64,000 bases of DNA, from positions 1-64,000 of IMG/VR virus record IMGVR_UViG_3300025418_000839. One strand, given 5' to 3'. The first letter of the stretch is position 1. Every line of letters begins with the position of its first letter. Below, piece after piece: positions 17,352 through 27,200 of this stretch. The notes under the pieces were generated by a model. The model saw only the letters and a program-made list of their open reading frames with translations. It did not search any database and was not told the origin of the DNA. The stretch is from a virus. Its lineage: Duplodnaviria > Caudoviricetes. Both the position numbers and the translations under genes were made by a program.

Positions 17352-17507
17352 TCAAACACCGCAGGCCGCATAAAAACGGGTACGATCAAAGTTATTATTG
17401 TGCTGTCCAGCGGCATTTGCCACAGCAAGAGCGGCTAATTTACGGGCAGTTAGGTCACTGATATAGCTGATTTCTTGGGCTAAAGTAATAAAGTGTTTAC
17501 GGCTCAT
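17352..17507 (-). CDS. Small early protein
   Basis: AAGGAG SD; MSRKHFITLAQEI...NFDRTRFYAACGV. Confidence 0.65.
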   Translation of the reverse strand: MSRKHFITLAQEISYISDLTARKLAALAVANAAGQHNNNFDRTRFYAACGV

Positions 17508-17536
17508 TTCAACTCCTTGTTAATTACTATACCCAT

Positions 17537-17565
17537 AGTATACTATTTTGGCAATTTTGGGTCAA
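17537..17565 (-). promoter_or_regulatory. Repeated early promoter, copy 3
   Basis: TTGACC-CAAAATTGCCAAAATAG-TATACT. Confidence 0.8.
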
Positions 17566-17574
17566 CATTTTGGT

Positions 17575-17592
17575 TGTGGCATTTTTACAACA
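17575..17592. promoter_or_regulatory. TGTKG-N8-CAACA palindrome, copy 2
   Basis: TGTGGCATTTTTACAACA, 9 nt upstream of the -35 box. Confidence 0.55.
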
Positions 17593-17640
17593 TTTTTTCG
17601 ATACGAATAAATATATGATAACAACAAGGAATTTTATCCC

Positions 17641-18228
17641 ATGAACGCTACAATTAGCACAGTTAGAACTCGTCCAAATACTGATACTCCATTTTTTGCC
17701 AATACAGCGGTTAGATCGTTGTTAGATTCATTGGTTACTGCTGGAAGTGTTACCATTAACAGCGGAGATACTTCAGGCCTATCATATACAGAAGATAAAA
17801 TCTTTAACAATGTATCAGATTTAGAAACCTATTTAAATCTACAAGAAGGACTACAGATAAAGTCCGATTATCGAGATTTTATTTCTGCTAATCCTGGATA
17901 CAACACCTCTAAAACCATTACTTTTAACCAAGACGGTGCATCATCAATTACAGCCAATGTTGCTGTAACCTATTCTTTTGCTAGCGGCACAAATGTAAAT
18001 TTTTTAATATTAAATTTAGTTTATGATAACACAGAAGTTGCGTCAGACCCAATAGTCACCGATACATCATTGGTTCGATACTTTGAATGGTCATCCAATT
18101 CTAGTTCACTGGCTGTTGGATTCGATTCTTCCGTCCTTAATTATTTTATTACTGATTCCTCAATAGCAAAACAATTAATCTCAAACGGGATAGATAGACA
18201 AATTACATTAAATGTAACATCCAGTTAA
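17641..18228 (+). CDS. Ser/Thr/Asn-rich hypothetical protein
   Basis: Long ORF with ATAAATA and AAGGA upstream, ending at a bidirectional terminator. Confidence 0.65.
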   Translation: MNATISTVRTRPNTDTPFFANTAVRSLLDSLVTAGSVTINSGDTSGLSYTEDKIFNNVSDLETYLNLQEGLQIKSDYRDFISANPGYNTSKTITFNQDGASSITANVAVTYSFASGTNVNFLILNLVYDNTEVASDPIVTDTSLVRYFEWSSNSSSLAVGFDSSVLNYFITDSSIAKQLISNGIDRQITLNVTSS

Positions 18229-18259
18229 TAGTGTAGATAAAAACAATAATACATCAATT

Positions 18260-18283
18260 AAAAACCCGCCTAGTGCGGGTTTT
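18260..18283. terminator. Bidirectional terminator
   Basis: AAAAACCCGC-CTAGT-GCGGGTTTT between convergent genes. Confidence 0.85.
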
Positions 18284-18288
18284 GTGTT

Positions 18289-18888
18289 TTATACAGATTC
18301 GTTAGTGCGCTGATATTCCGAAGCTCGACCGTCAAGGCTAACATGCCAAGCATAGAATTTGGTATTGGGGTACTCCTTCTTTAGGGCCACAAAAGACTCT
18401 AAATTAGGAACAGCATCATCATACATGATGGCTTTGCTATAAGGATGTTTCTTTAACAGTTCGCTGATGATGAGTTGTTTCTTGGTTTCTGTGGGTATAC
18501 GATCTTTGATGTTACCCGCACGATACACGTGTACACGACTCATATCTATACCATACTTACGGAAGGTATCCAAGAACAGCTCACGGTCATTGAAATCTTC
18601 GCGTGCCGTGACCATGACCACTTTGTTGCCGGTATTGATGTCCTGTTTGAGTTGATTGATCATTGGTATGATTGGACGTGCTTTTTCAAAGAATTCGCGT
18701 GCATCACGGAAGTCGCCAAAGTCAAATGATTCTCCAGGCTGTAGTTTATAGTGTGTGAATTCGTGGCTGTTGAGACTTTTAACAACTCGACCGCCTTTGA
18801 TCACGTGTACCTTGGTCTGAGTATGAACCAGAGTATCATCAATATCAAAGATCACCAGTTTTGTTGGCTGTATTTCTTGAGCTCTCAT
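18289..18888 (-). CDS. HAD-superfamily phosphatase-like protein
   Basis: FDIDDTL, VTAR and MYDD motifs; MRAQEI N-terminus. Confidence 0.8.
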   Translation of the reverse strand: MRAQEIQPTKLVIFDIDDTLVHTQTKVHVIKGGRVVKSLNSHEFTHYKLQPGESFDFGDFRDAREFFEKARPIIPMINQLKQDINTGNKVVMVTAREDFNDRELFLDTFRKYGIDMSRVHVYRAGNIKDRIPTETKKQLIISELLKKHPYSKAIMYDDAVPNLESFVALKKEYPNTKFYAWHVSLDGRASEYQRTNESV

Positions 18889-20333
18889 CTGGCGCTCGCT
18901 ACAAAACGCAGGTCTCTACTGATAGAGCCTAGTTCCCGTTTCATCTTAGGACCAGCCCGTTTTACCGTGGCACGATCCACATGTGTATCGGGTTCGTCTT
19001 CGGGATCAGCTGATACATTTACTGGTTCATCGGTACGTGTATCAAAGCCGTGTATGTTTATCTCTTTACCGTAGCGACGTTGTAATTCTTGCCACACACG
19101 ATAGCCACCTTCGCTTTGTTTGTAGTCGCTTACCAGTGTTAAGCCGCGATTTAAAATCAAAAAAGCGTACAGGTCTGCGGCTCGGTAACGATTCTTAGGT
19201 CCGGAATAAACACCGTGTATGACAAAGCTGTCACGGTTTGTAGAGTAAGGACGGCCTGTAGTGCCAAGTTGGCAACGACGTGTTTCGGTATCAAAAACAT
19301 AGTAAGTAACGGTACCGTGGCTGGTCCATGACCATAGTTGAAAACCATCGCCCATTTCTGCTACTAGATCGCCAAGGTAGTCCGACTCTTCGCCTCGCGG
19401 TATAGGCCGACCTTCGTTGGGCATGACATCCAGGTGTTCACGTTTGCGTTTAACAATGGTAGGAACTTTGGTTATTTCCATGATACCTGTGCTACGGCGT
19501 AAGCGTAGATCAAAGTCTCGATCACTTTCGTACTTCTGGATATACTGTTCATAATAACGACGTGCTTGCTCAGGCGTATCAGCTTCAAAGCGATCCACTA
19601 TCTGGTTACTACCAGCAGGGCGATCAGCATGGTAAATTTCATAGCCTCGGTTGAGACGATCACGCACACGAGCCATGTGATCCATGCGACGACTAACGTG
19701 TTGATCAGCACGGTCAAGATAACTGCGTCTTAATTCGTCGCTGATTTCATCAACTCGATCTTCCCATACTTGTTTTTGTCCACGATTCTTTTGCCAAAAA
19801 TACTGACCAGCCGGAGTTTGTTCTGAGCTACGACGGATTTGATAACCCAACTCTTTGGCCCAGTCATACATGACGGCCGCAATGCCCTGGCCGCGAACAT
19901 CGGGGTTGACTGATGTATCAAAACTTTCAATATTTTGGCCTGTGCGATCAAAGTGTGCGGCAGCTATTTCTTTGCCACCACGATCATAAGCATATATGCT
20001 GATGCCTTTGTCATCTGATCGGGCTTCTAAATCTAACCCACCTCTGTGTGCTCGAACACTTTGGATTGTTTCGTATATGTCATCATACAAATCACCATCA
20101 AACTCATCGTCACTGATCACATACTCTTGACCTGCGCGATTTTTGAGTTGGACATAATCATAATCCACCTGTTGAATAGTCCAGCCCAACGCGGCCAATT
20201 CTTGGGCATACTCCGCTTGTTTGTCGCCACCATTCCACCATAGGTTGGCCAACCGATGCAGATGTGGAGGAACCGCGTCTCCGTCGGAGTCGTCTCTAGG
20301 ATTTGCGGTAGGAGCAAATTCTAAGAATCTCAT
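18885..20333 (-). CDS. Multi-module protein with a GNAT acetyltransferase domain (probable internal head protein)
   Basis: VNPDVRGQGIAAVMYD acetyl-CoA motif and QTPAGQYFW. A second GNAT-like module has SDYKQSEGGYRVW. The MRFLEF start is coupled to the upstream stop. Confidence 0.65.
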   Translation of the reverse strand: MRFLEFAPTANPRDDSDGDAVPPHLHRLANLWWNGGDKQAEYAQELAALGWTIQQVDYDYVQLKNRAGQEYVISDDEFDGDLYDDIYETIQSVRAHRGGLDLEARSDDKGISIYAYDRGGKEIAAAHFDRTGQNIESFDTSVNPDVRGQGIAAVMYDWAKELGYQIRRSSEQTPAGQYFWQKNRGQKQVWEDRVDEISDELRRSYLDRADQHVSRRMDHMARVRDRLNRGYEIYHADRPAGSNQIVDRFEADTPEQARRYYEQYIQKYESDRDFDLRLRRSTGIMEITKVPTIVKRKREHLDVMPNEGRPIPRGEESDYLGDLVAEMGDGFQLWSWTSHGTVTYYVFDTETRRCQLGTTGRPYSTNRDSFVIHGVYSGPKNRYRAADLYAFLILNRGLTLVSDYKQSEGGYRVWQELQRRYGKEINIHGFDTRTDEPVNVSADPEDEPDTHVDRATVKRAGPKMKRELGSISRDLRFVASAR

Positions 20334-23317
20334 TATGTACTCATCAGTGGACGGCAACTGAACGCACTAGGATCCTCTGCACCAATATCGCGTACATAGC
20401 GTTGTGCGGTCGCCCACGCACTAGTCTGATCGTGATCAGCAAAGGTATGGATAACATGCCCCGAATCACGTTCATATACTTGCCACATAGGAACACCATT
20501 TGGTGCTGTGGCCTGAACAGGATCGCCTGAACGGTATTGTACAAATGCGTCATCGCGACCAGTTAGATCATTAACGTATTGTTTAGCAACAGTAGCAATA
20601 TTTTGTATCTGTGCTGTGTGTCCTGGCATGGTTGGCAAGAACCCATAGATTCTATTGTCACTGCCGCCGCGTACTTCATAGTAGTCTCCGGTAGCAGGAC
20701 GTTGTGTTATAAATCCTTGGGGTGGTTGATTGACCACTGGATTGTGTTCTTGACGATCACGATAGCGTTGTTCACTATCAGCTGTAGGTACAGTACGCAT
20801 ACGAACGCTGTCATCTGGGTGACCGTATCTGCGTACAAGATCTCTACGCACCTCTTCAGCTTGACTGCGTGATGCATTATCTACAGTATCAATTACTGCA
20901 CCAGTTTCGGCACGATAAAATTCCCACTTATGTGGCTCATCCATTATATCCGTGTCTTTGGGTTCAGACTTTGCTCTAACTTCTAAATCGTCGGCGTTTT
21001 CAAAGTCGTGTAATTTAGCAACGTGTTTTAATAGTTCCTGTGCTCGAGTTTTGTCAACTTTAAGGATATTATCAATTACGCGACCAGTTGGAACATAAAC
21101 GACATCCCAGTCTTGTTTTTGTTTATCTGGATCCAAAGGAATTTCTTTGATAGCAAGACGACCTTGTGGTAATTTTTGCTCACGTTCAAACTTACGCATG
21201 GCTTGAACTAAGTTACTCTTACGACCTTCTTGTTCGTAGTGTACTTCACCGGTCTTAGTGTCGTATACCCGCCAGTTTTTAATCTCTTCTTCTGGAGCCG
21301 CTTTAATATTTTTAGCAAGTCGCTCGCGTTTACTCAATGGCTTTTCTGGTTCTTCAGGATCAGCCGGACGTAGATTAAATGCAATGCCTTGGTCAGTCAC
21401 ATACTTGTCGTATACTGCATCAGCGGCTTCGCCTTTGGTTGCATAGCCATGTAGTATTTCTAAAGTTTCGCCGGTATCATTGTTGTATACTTCCCAATCA
21501 CCAGTGGTACTCTTCATTGGTAATACTCGATATTCCTTTTGGAAACCTTCCATACTGCCGCCGGGACTCAGTTTCTTTTTAGCACGTTCCCATACTTCAG
21601 ATTTTGTATAACCGTGATAGTCCTGTCCGATAATATACTTGCCATTGGCATCGTACACTTTCCAGTCGCCCTTGGGCTCCGATTCCAACTGCTTCTCCGC
21701 CCAGGCCTTTTTAAGATCTGTACTTGAAATTTCACCTGTAGCAAAGCGACTAAACAAATCGATTGCAGGATCACCTTCTGGTGGGCTAATGAGCTTGTAT
21801 AACTTCTTGTAGTATTCGTTACGTTCGGCTGCTGGGTTAGCTGCCACAGTCATTGCTTTAGCATAACGCAGGAGTGTGTTCTTTAATTTGTCAATGTCTT
21901 CAAAGTAATTTGAGCCACCAGCTGAGCGGAACTCAATATATTTGGCACCTTTTTCTTTAGCTGGATTAGTTGAGTCTACTCCACCTTTAGGATTGATACT
22001 AGTATATTTGCCAAAGCCATGATTATTAATCTCAAGTGCTTTTTGTGCTAGTTCTAACAAGTTACTACGCATTAGTGTAAGCGCACCGCCGACAGCATCT
22101 GGATTACCTTTGACTCTACCACGAATCTTTTTCATTGCGGCTTCGCAGAAGTGATTACCAGCACGACCAAACTCTTGTAGCACATGCTCATCACCCAAGA
22201 ACAAGGCTAGTTTCACATAGTCAACATCACCGCCACGGTGTGGCAAGCTAACACCCATATGGAAACCGGTTGAACTGTTACTGTAAGCACCATTCTCTTC
22301 AGCCCACTCAAAGAAGTCTTCCATCATGCTCAAACAAGTTTCTAATGGCATCGGAGGACTAACAATCTCCATGGCCATGTTGTCTTCGTCATCTGAGTCA
22401 AGACTTGAGTCAGGTTCAAAAATCCAAGTTTTGTCGTCACGAGTGGCTGAATGGTAACCGCCCGATACTTTGGTCTTAACACCCAAACGTTCGTGTAGAT
22501 CGTCGGCGAGACGTTCAGCTTCATCTTCATTCCAACCGCCGCCACTGCTAGAGCCAGTATAGGTCATAACTGGCCAACTTAAATCAAATTCGTTAGCTAC
22601 ATCACTCATCCAACGTAGACCTACCTCATCAAAGAAACCACTATCATCATCTACATAAAAACTGTCACGGAAATCATCTAGAGCTGAATCGTAGTAGCTG
22701 TCCTGTTTGTTAATACTGGTTTCAACGTCTTCTTCAAGAATTTCTTCTGCGTCACTAACTGCATCAATATAAATTTGGTAGTCGGGGTTTTTTTCAATAT
22801 AGGCTTCTTGTTCTTTAGAGCTGGTAAATTTAGGTGCTGCTTCACCCACAGCCTGAATGCGATCGGCCACTTCATCAGTGAGATCCATACCATCAACAAG
22901 TACAGCATGTACACGTTCATCCATTGGACGTTCATCTAACCATACTTTGCGTATCAAATCTTCCTGTTCATCACGGAAGGCTTCCCACATCTGTTCATCT
23001 TGCCACTCGTAATATTTTTCATCTAAAGATTCACGCAGTCGATCTGCTTGACGTGGAGTTAATCCCCAACCATACTCATCGTTTTCAAAGAATTCTATAA
23101 CTTGATCAAGTGTACGGCAACGTTCATCCGCATCGTAGTCGGGTTCTGGATCTTCGTCATATTCGGGTTCACCGCCTAGGCCTGTAAATACTAGTTCAGC
23201 TTCAAAGCCAGCCATGATGCCTTCAGCTTCCGGGCTCTTAGCAAATTGATTTAGACTCTTAGGATTCATTCTAAGTTCGTCTAATTGTTCCTCGGACAGT
23301 AAGTGTTTATATCGCAT
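20333..23317 (-). CDS. Putative amidoligase (COOH-NH2 ligase family) with C-terminal tandem repeats
   Basis: GFEAEL, DSSL, EIVSP, STGFHMGVS, KYTSIN and IEFRS motifs, followed by about 7 W-x-V-Y-x-x-x-TG repeats. Confidence 0.8.
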   Translation of the reverse strand: MRYKHLLSEEQLDELRMNPKSLNQFAKSPEAEGIMAGFEAELVFTGLGGEPEYDEDPEPDYDADERCRTLDQVIEFFENDEYGWGLTPRQADRLRESLDEKYYEWQDEQMWEAFRDEQEDLIRKVWLDERPMDERVHAVLVDGMDLTDEVADRIQAVGEAAPKFTSSKEQEAYIEKNPDYQIYIDAVSDAEEILEEDVETSINKQDSYYDSALDDFRDSFYVDDDSGFFDEVGLRWMSDVANEFDLSWPVMTYTGSSSGGGWNEDEAERLADDLHERLGVKTKVSGGYHSATRDDKTWIFEPDSSLDSDDEDNMAMEIVSPPMPLETCLSMMEDFFEWAEENGAYSNSSTGFHMGVSLPHRGGDVDYVKLALFLGDEHVLQEFGRAGNHFCEAAMKKIRGRVKGNPDAVGGALTLMRSNLLELAQKALEINNHGFGKYTSINPKGGVDSTNPAKEKGAKYIEFRSAGGSNYFEDIDKLKNTLLRYAKAMTVAANPAAERNEYYKKLYKLISPPEGDPAIDLFSRFATGEISSTDLKKAWAEKQLESEPKGDWKVYDANGKYIIGQDYHGYTKSEVWERAKKKLSPGGSMEGFQKEYRVLPMKSTTGDWEVYNNDTGETLEILHGYATKGEAADAVYDKYVTDQGIAFNLRPADPEEPEKPLSKRERLAKNIKAAPEEEIKNWRVYDTKTGEVHYEQEGRKSNLVQAMRKFEREQKLPQGRLAIKEIPLDPDKQKQDWDVVYVPTGRVIDNILKVDKTRAQELLKHVAKLHDFENADDLEVRAKSEPKDTDIMDEPHKWEFYRAETGAVIDTVDNASRSQAEEVRRDLVRRYGHPDDSVRMRTVPTADSEQRYRDRQEHNPVVNQPPQGFITQRPATGDYYEVRGGSDNRIYGFLPTMPGHTAQIQNIATVAKQYVNDLTGRDDAFVQYRSGDPVQATAPNGVPMWQVYERDSGHVIHTFADHDQTSAWATAQRYVRDIGAEDPSAFSCRPLMST

Positions 23318-23320
23318 ATT

Positions 23321-23755
23321 TTAAAATTCTTTTAGAGCACGTTTAATTTGATCCAATGGTAAGTCGTGTTCTTTATATCCTTTGACCATTGCTTGTATGT
23401 ATTTTTCTGTTGGTGCACCCGATAAGCCATTTGTAGGATCCATTACGTAGACCATGCATGTAATCCATCTATCATCAACTTTTACTTCTAACGGAATCCT
23501 GTCATAATTCTTGTGTAGTGCTTCGTGACTATCTAGTACACTAAAATCTCGTTGCCGTACTTTCCAAACTACTCCATAAACATCATTGCCATGACTGCTT
23601 TCGATATTAGCAAATCGATGAAATGTTAATTTAAAGTTTTCTAATTTTCCTACCCCAACTAACTCTGCATCTGGAGCTAAATCATGCAAATGCTCGGATC
23701 TGCTTAAATGTCCATATGAAAAATAATATGCAGATCTTAGTTCGTGTAATCTCAT
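23321..23755 (-). CDS. Gamma-glutamylcyclotransferase (AIG2-like)
   Basis: YYFSYG, FANIE, VYGVVW, LDSHE and P..KYI...GY. Adjacent to the amidoligase. Confidence 0.8.
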   Translation of the reverse strand: MRLHELRSAYYFSYGHLSRSEHLHDLAPDAELVGVGKLENFKLTFHRFANIESSHGNDVYGVVWKVRQRDFSVLDSHEALHKNYDRIPLEVKVDDRWITCMVYVMDPTNGLSGAPTEKYIQAMVKGYKEHDLPLDQIKRALKEF

Positions 23756-23823
23756 TAAAAGCTCATAAAAATAGGGTAAGTTTTACCTTACCCTAGTATT
23801 TATCAGTATGTTACTTTAACGGA

Positions 23824-24660
23824 TTAATCGTCTGAAGCGTTAGCACCACACTTAGCACGTTTAGCGTTAGTTAGTGCACCAAAGTCTACTTTCCATTCTT
23901 GTCCTGGCTGTAGCTCTTTAGCACCTGCTGGAATAGCAAATTTCACACCAGCTTGTTGTTCAATCTGTGCAATTGGCATACGGAACTTAGTCAAATCATT
24001 ACCCAAGTTAGGATATGGAGCAACGTGTGGGAACATCCAACCAGCGGCTTCGCCAGTTTGATTGTTAACTACAATCTTGTAGAAAGCGTGTGGAACAACT
24101 ACACCCTTACCAATTGTTTTGTCTTGTTGATTGTAGATACCACCAGCAACTACCCAGTATGATTGGTTACGCTGTACTGCCCAACCACGTACTGAAGTTT
24201 CTAATAGTTTCCAAATACCACGATTTAAACTACCTGCTTGTGGACTCATGTTAGTCATTAAGAATGACTCATACTCTACTTGTGGGTCCCAAGATAAGTC
24301 ACCGTCTGGTGCCATGTGGCCCTTGTCGTAGCCTGTGCCAGCATAGTCAGCTGGAACAGCACCGTTAGGTACAAATTGGTTTGGAGCAAATGCGTTGGTA
24401 CGTGCTACACAACCTAGGGCGTTTTGTGGTAGTAGTTCATACATAACAAAACGTGGTAATTTTGCTGGAGCATCATAACCTACTAGATATGCTTGCTGGC
24501 AAATTGGTTGTACTGCGCCCTGCACTTGTGGGAAGCCATACGGGGCATGTGCCTTACATTGGTCTACTGGAAATGGTGCTCGTTGTGTCCAAGCATTGGC
24601 TGAGGTTGTTACTGTTAAGCCCGCAAATGCTAAGGCTAGAATTGCTAATAATCTTTTCAT
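23824..24660 (-). CDS. Secreted DNA/RNA non-specific endonuclease (NucA/EndoG family)
   Basis: YDKGHMAP, FLMTNMSPQ and LNRGIWKLLE. Signal peptide MKRLLAILALAFAGLTVTTSANA after an AGGAG SD. Confidence 0.9.
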   Translation of the reverse strand: MKRLLAILALAFAGLTVTTSANAWTQRAPFPVDQCKAHAPYGFPQVQGAVQPICQQAYLVGYDAPAKLPRFVMYELLPQNALGCVARTNAFAPNQFVPNGAVPADYAGTGYDKGHMAPDGDLSWDPQVEYESFLMTNMSPQAGSLNRGIWKLLETSVRGWAVQRNQSYWVVAGGIYNQQDKTIGKGVVVPHAFYKIVVNNQTGEAAGWMFPHVAPYPNLGNDLTKFRMPIAQIEQQAGVKFAIPAGAKELQPGQEWKVDFGALTNAKRAKCGANASDD

Positions 24661-24704
24661 GGTTGAAAATCTCCTTGTATAATATTTAGTACAAGGAGTT
24701 GGTA

Positions 24705-25259
24705 TTAGCCGTAAATTTCTCGATACAACCAAGTACTGTTTTGTAGGAATGTGTGGAACACGTTGCGCTGACGTATACCCACTTCTTTGGTAACAGTCAT
24801 CCACGTTGGCGGATCCAATTTGATCTGTACTTCTGCGTCGTCGTAGGCATTACGGGGTTTTAACCCATGTTTACGACATAGATGCTGTATAGGCTTGTTC
24901 CAGCCTAGGCAATGCATAAACAACTCTCGATAACCTCGATTCTGTGCCCAGACCAGGGCTTCTTCAAGCATTATACTAGCAATACCTTCACCACGACGTT
25001 CGGGGTGAACAATAAGTCCAAATTCTACAGTAGTGCCATCTACAGCAATATGTAGTGTGCCTGCCCAAGAATCTCCATCTCGAGCTACTAGGATCCAGTG
25101 ATCATCGGGAAATGAGTTTATACGATCCATTAAATGATCGATTACGTGGTCATTGCCGGCTACACCAAAATACAGCTCACGTGTTTCTGCATCTTGGCTT
25201 TTTAACCAATCGCTGTATTCATTGAATCGGCGGAAGGATAAAAATTCTGTGACTATCAT
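24705..25259 (-). CDS. GNAT family acetyltransferase
   Basis: EFGLIVHPERRGEGIA...N.PIQHLCRKHG. Confidence 0.85.
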   Translation of the reverse strand: MIVTEFLSFRRFNEYSDWLKSQDAETRELYFGVAGNDHVIDHLMDRINSFPDDHWILVARDGDSWAGTLHIAVDGTTVEFGLIVHPERRGEGIASIMLEEALVWAQNRGYRELFMHCLGWNKPIQHLCRKHGLKPRNAYDDAEVQIKLDPPTWMTVTKEVGIRQRNVFHTFLQNSTWLYREIYG

Positions 25260-25260
25260 T

Positions 25261-25353
25261 TTAATACCAGTGGCCGTCTACCATACGTGCTTTTACTGTG
25301 GCTTGACGTGCTTCAACCCAAGCAGCATAAAGTTCTTGAAAAAAACGACGCAT
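25261..25353 (-). CDS. 30-aa hypothetical peptide
   Basis: GGGAGG SD; MRRFFQELYAAWVEARQATVKARMVDGHWY. Confidence 0.45.
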   Translation of the reverse strand: MRRFFQELYAAWVEARQATVKARMVDGHWY

Positions 25354-25441
25354 TATAGACCTCCCATGTATGAGTCATGGCGGCAAGTTTTACCGGCGTA
25401 TTTGTTTAAAAAATTAAAGATTTTTGAAATTAGTAATAGCA

Positions 25442-25606
25442 TTATAATGTTCTCCCGCAGATTCCGCGATTAATGTACTGTTGTGTGAGACGTTCTACAT
25501 CAGCTACTGACTGTGGCCCTTTGCTTGCAATATAAGCATCTAGGCCGCGGCTAACGCTGTCTGTAAGACTAAAAAACTGGGTAAGTTTTTCTAATAGTTT
25601 TGTCAT
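25442..25606 (-). CDS. Small protein, DUF3563-like
   Basis: AAGGAG SD. LDAYIASKGPQSVADVERL resembles DUF3563 from recall only. Confidence 0.5.
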   Translation of the reverse strand: MTKLLEKLTQFFSLTDSVSRGLDAYIASKGPQSVADVERLTQQYINRGICGRTL

Positions 25607-25702
25607 TGTGTGACTCCTTTTTGATATAATCATTAGTAGTAGTACTATCAGTGATTATACTGATATTTATCACGCAATGCAACAAATTATATTAAAGTTT
25701 TA

Positions 25703-25957
25703 TTACGATTTTGCCGGAATCAGTAACCAGCCTTGTCCGGAATGAGTGTGGTACCAAGAATAAAATGGTGCAGGTATAGTTAAGATGCCATCTTGAGCAA
25801 GATAGTGATATTTTGGTAATATTTCGTAGCCGTTGATGGTTACTGTTTGGTTGACGTCTAAGACAATAGTATCATATAAATTATAGAGTGTTTCTACACC
25901 ATTTACTGATACTGCTAATTGTGCCTTAGTAGCCAGCAGATCTGAGAAGTTCTTCAT
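25703..25957 (-). CDS. Hypothetical protein
   Basis: Overlaps the 3' end of the rSAM gene. FYSWYHTHSGQGWLL. Confidence 0.55.
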   Translation of the reverse strand: MKNFSDLLATKAQLAVSVNGVETLYNLYDTIVLDVNQTVTINGYEILPKYHYLAQDGILTIPAPFYSWYHTHSGQGWLLIPAKS

Positions 25958-27200
25958 ATTCGGGCAAGTACCTTAGTATACTGTTATTCCTACTGGATTC
26001 TAACAATTTGATATAGTTAACCAAATCAGGTAATCGTTCCGATTCATCTGGTTGATTTTGTAAGTAATCTACGTAACTGCGAGCATCTTGTATAATTTGT
26101 TGTTGAGCAAATGCAGGGTGTCTGGTGTTTATGATCTGTTCTGTTGGTGTATGTTCATATCTATTAATCCAATCAGATAATCTAGCAATCACTTGAGATC
26201 TGACTGACATGGGCAACACGCTGGGTCGCATGAACGCAGGATCGTTTAAGAAATTACAACTTTCAACTGATATATTTCGTTGATAAGCATACTCATAAAC
26301 TGTGGCAAGGTGCCACATGGTAAAGATAGTGGGCGTTGTTCTTAATTGTACTAACCAATTGGAATTTTTAGCAACGTCTAACCACTGTTCCATAATCTCC
26401 AGAGTTTGATCAATGTTGCTACCATACCTAACATAGTCATTTAGGGGATGAATGCATTCAACACTTAACCCAAGATTTACCTGTTCAAACTGTGTGAGTA
26501 AGTCAACTACCGTTTGATCCCATACTGTGAGATTGGTTGTAAATCCCACAGTAATTTTTTTATGTAGATTTTCTTCTACCAAAGTTTCTAGTATGCGTTT
26601 AAATGCTGGAGTAATTAGTGTTTCACCGCCAATGAAATGCAAGTACTTAGTGGTCTTACTTTCTCTTAGAGAATCTAAAAAGAAATTAAATTTTATAGGA
26701 TTCTCGCACCAACTGGCCTGTGGCACTTCATTAATTATTCCTATGCGTTTAAATTCGTTGGCAAGTCTACTGCTACTGTTAGGTTCACAAAAAATACAAG
26801 CACTATTACAAAAATTACCTAGATCAATTTGCCAGTCTTGTGGAGTTAGTGTAGTTTCTGTTTTTTTAAATTCTTCTAGCCAAGGACTACTTAACATGGT
26901 ATTTGTAAAGTCATCTAAACGAATTCCTGTTTTAAGTAGTTGCCGTTGTCGTCCACTTACCTTGCCACGTGCTTCCATTTGATGACATTCTCTGCAAGTG
27001 TCCAATAATTCACCATTGAGTAAACTTTGTCGTATGGATGACATACCCTGCTGAAAAAAGTGTAGTGGTGTTTGCTCCTGTATATCGGGCAAGTTATTCC
27101 GGTCTTGCTTTGTGGCCCAACGACAATATTCGTAATGCCCAGAGTTATTGATCCGCATATGGAACCAAGGACTCGAACAAAATCGATCTTTAAATGTCAT
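25926..27200 (-). CDS. Radical SAM protein with N-terminal twitch-like domain
   Basis: FCSSPW...YCR...[22 protein letters not shown] and LSVE. Confidence 0.85.
   Translation of the reverse strand: MTFKDRFCSSPWFHMRINNSGHYEYCRWATKQDRNNLPDIQEQTPLHFFQQGMSSIRQSLLNGELLDTCRECHQMEARGKVSGRQRQLLKTGIRLDDFTNTMLSSPWLEEFKKTETTLTPQDWQIDLGNFCNSACIFCEPNSSSRLANEFKRIGIINEVPQASWCENPIKFNFFLDSLRESKTTKYLHFIGGETLITPAFKRILETLVEENLHKKITVGFTTNLTVWDQTVVDLLTQFEQVNLGLSVECIHPLNDYVRYGSNIDQTLEIMEQWLDVAKNSNWLVQLRTTPTIFTMWHLATVYEYAYQRNISVESCNFLNDPAFMRPSVLPMSVRSQVIARLSDWINRYEHTPTEQIINTRHPAFAQQQIIQDARSYVDYLQNQPDESERLPDLVNYIKLLESSRNNSILRYLPEYEELLRSAGY

Noticed and set aside
23824-24804. Extended N-termini in the ORF track (also 18885..20357, 32887..33285, 37275..37904, 49286..50254)
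   Set aside because: The extensions overlap upstream genes or promoters. Downstream ATGs with an SD, signal peptide or stop-start coupling are better starts.
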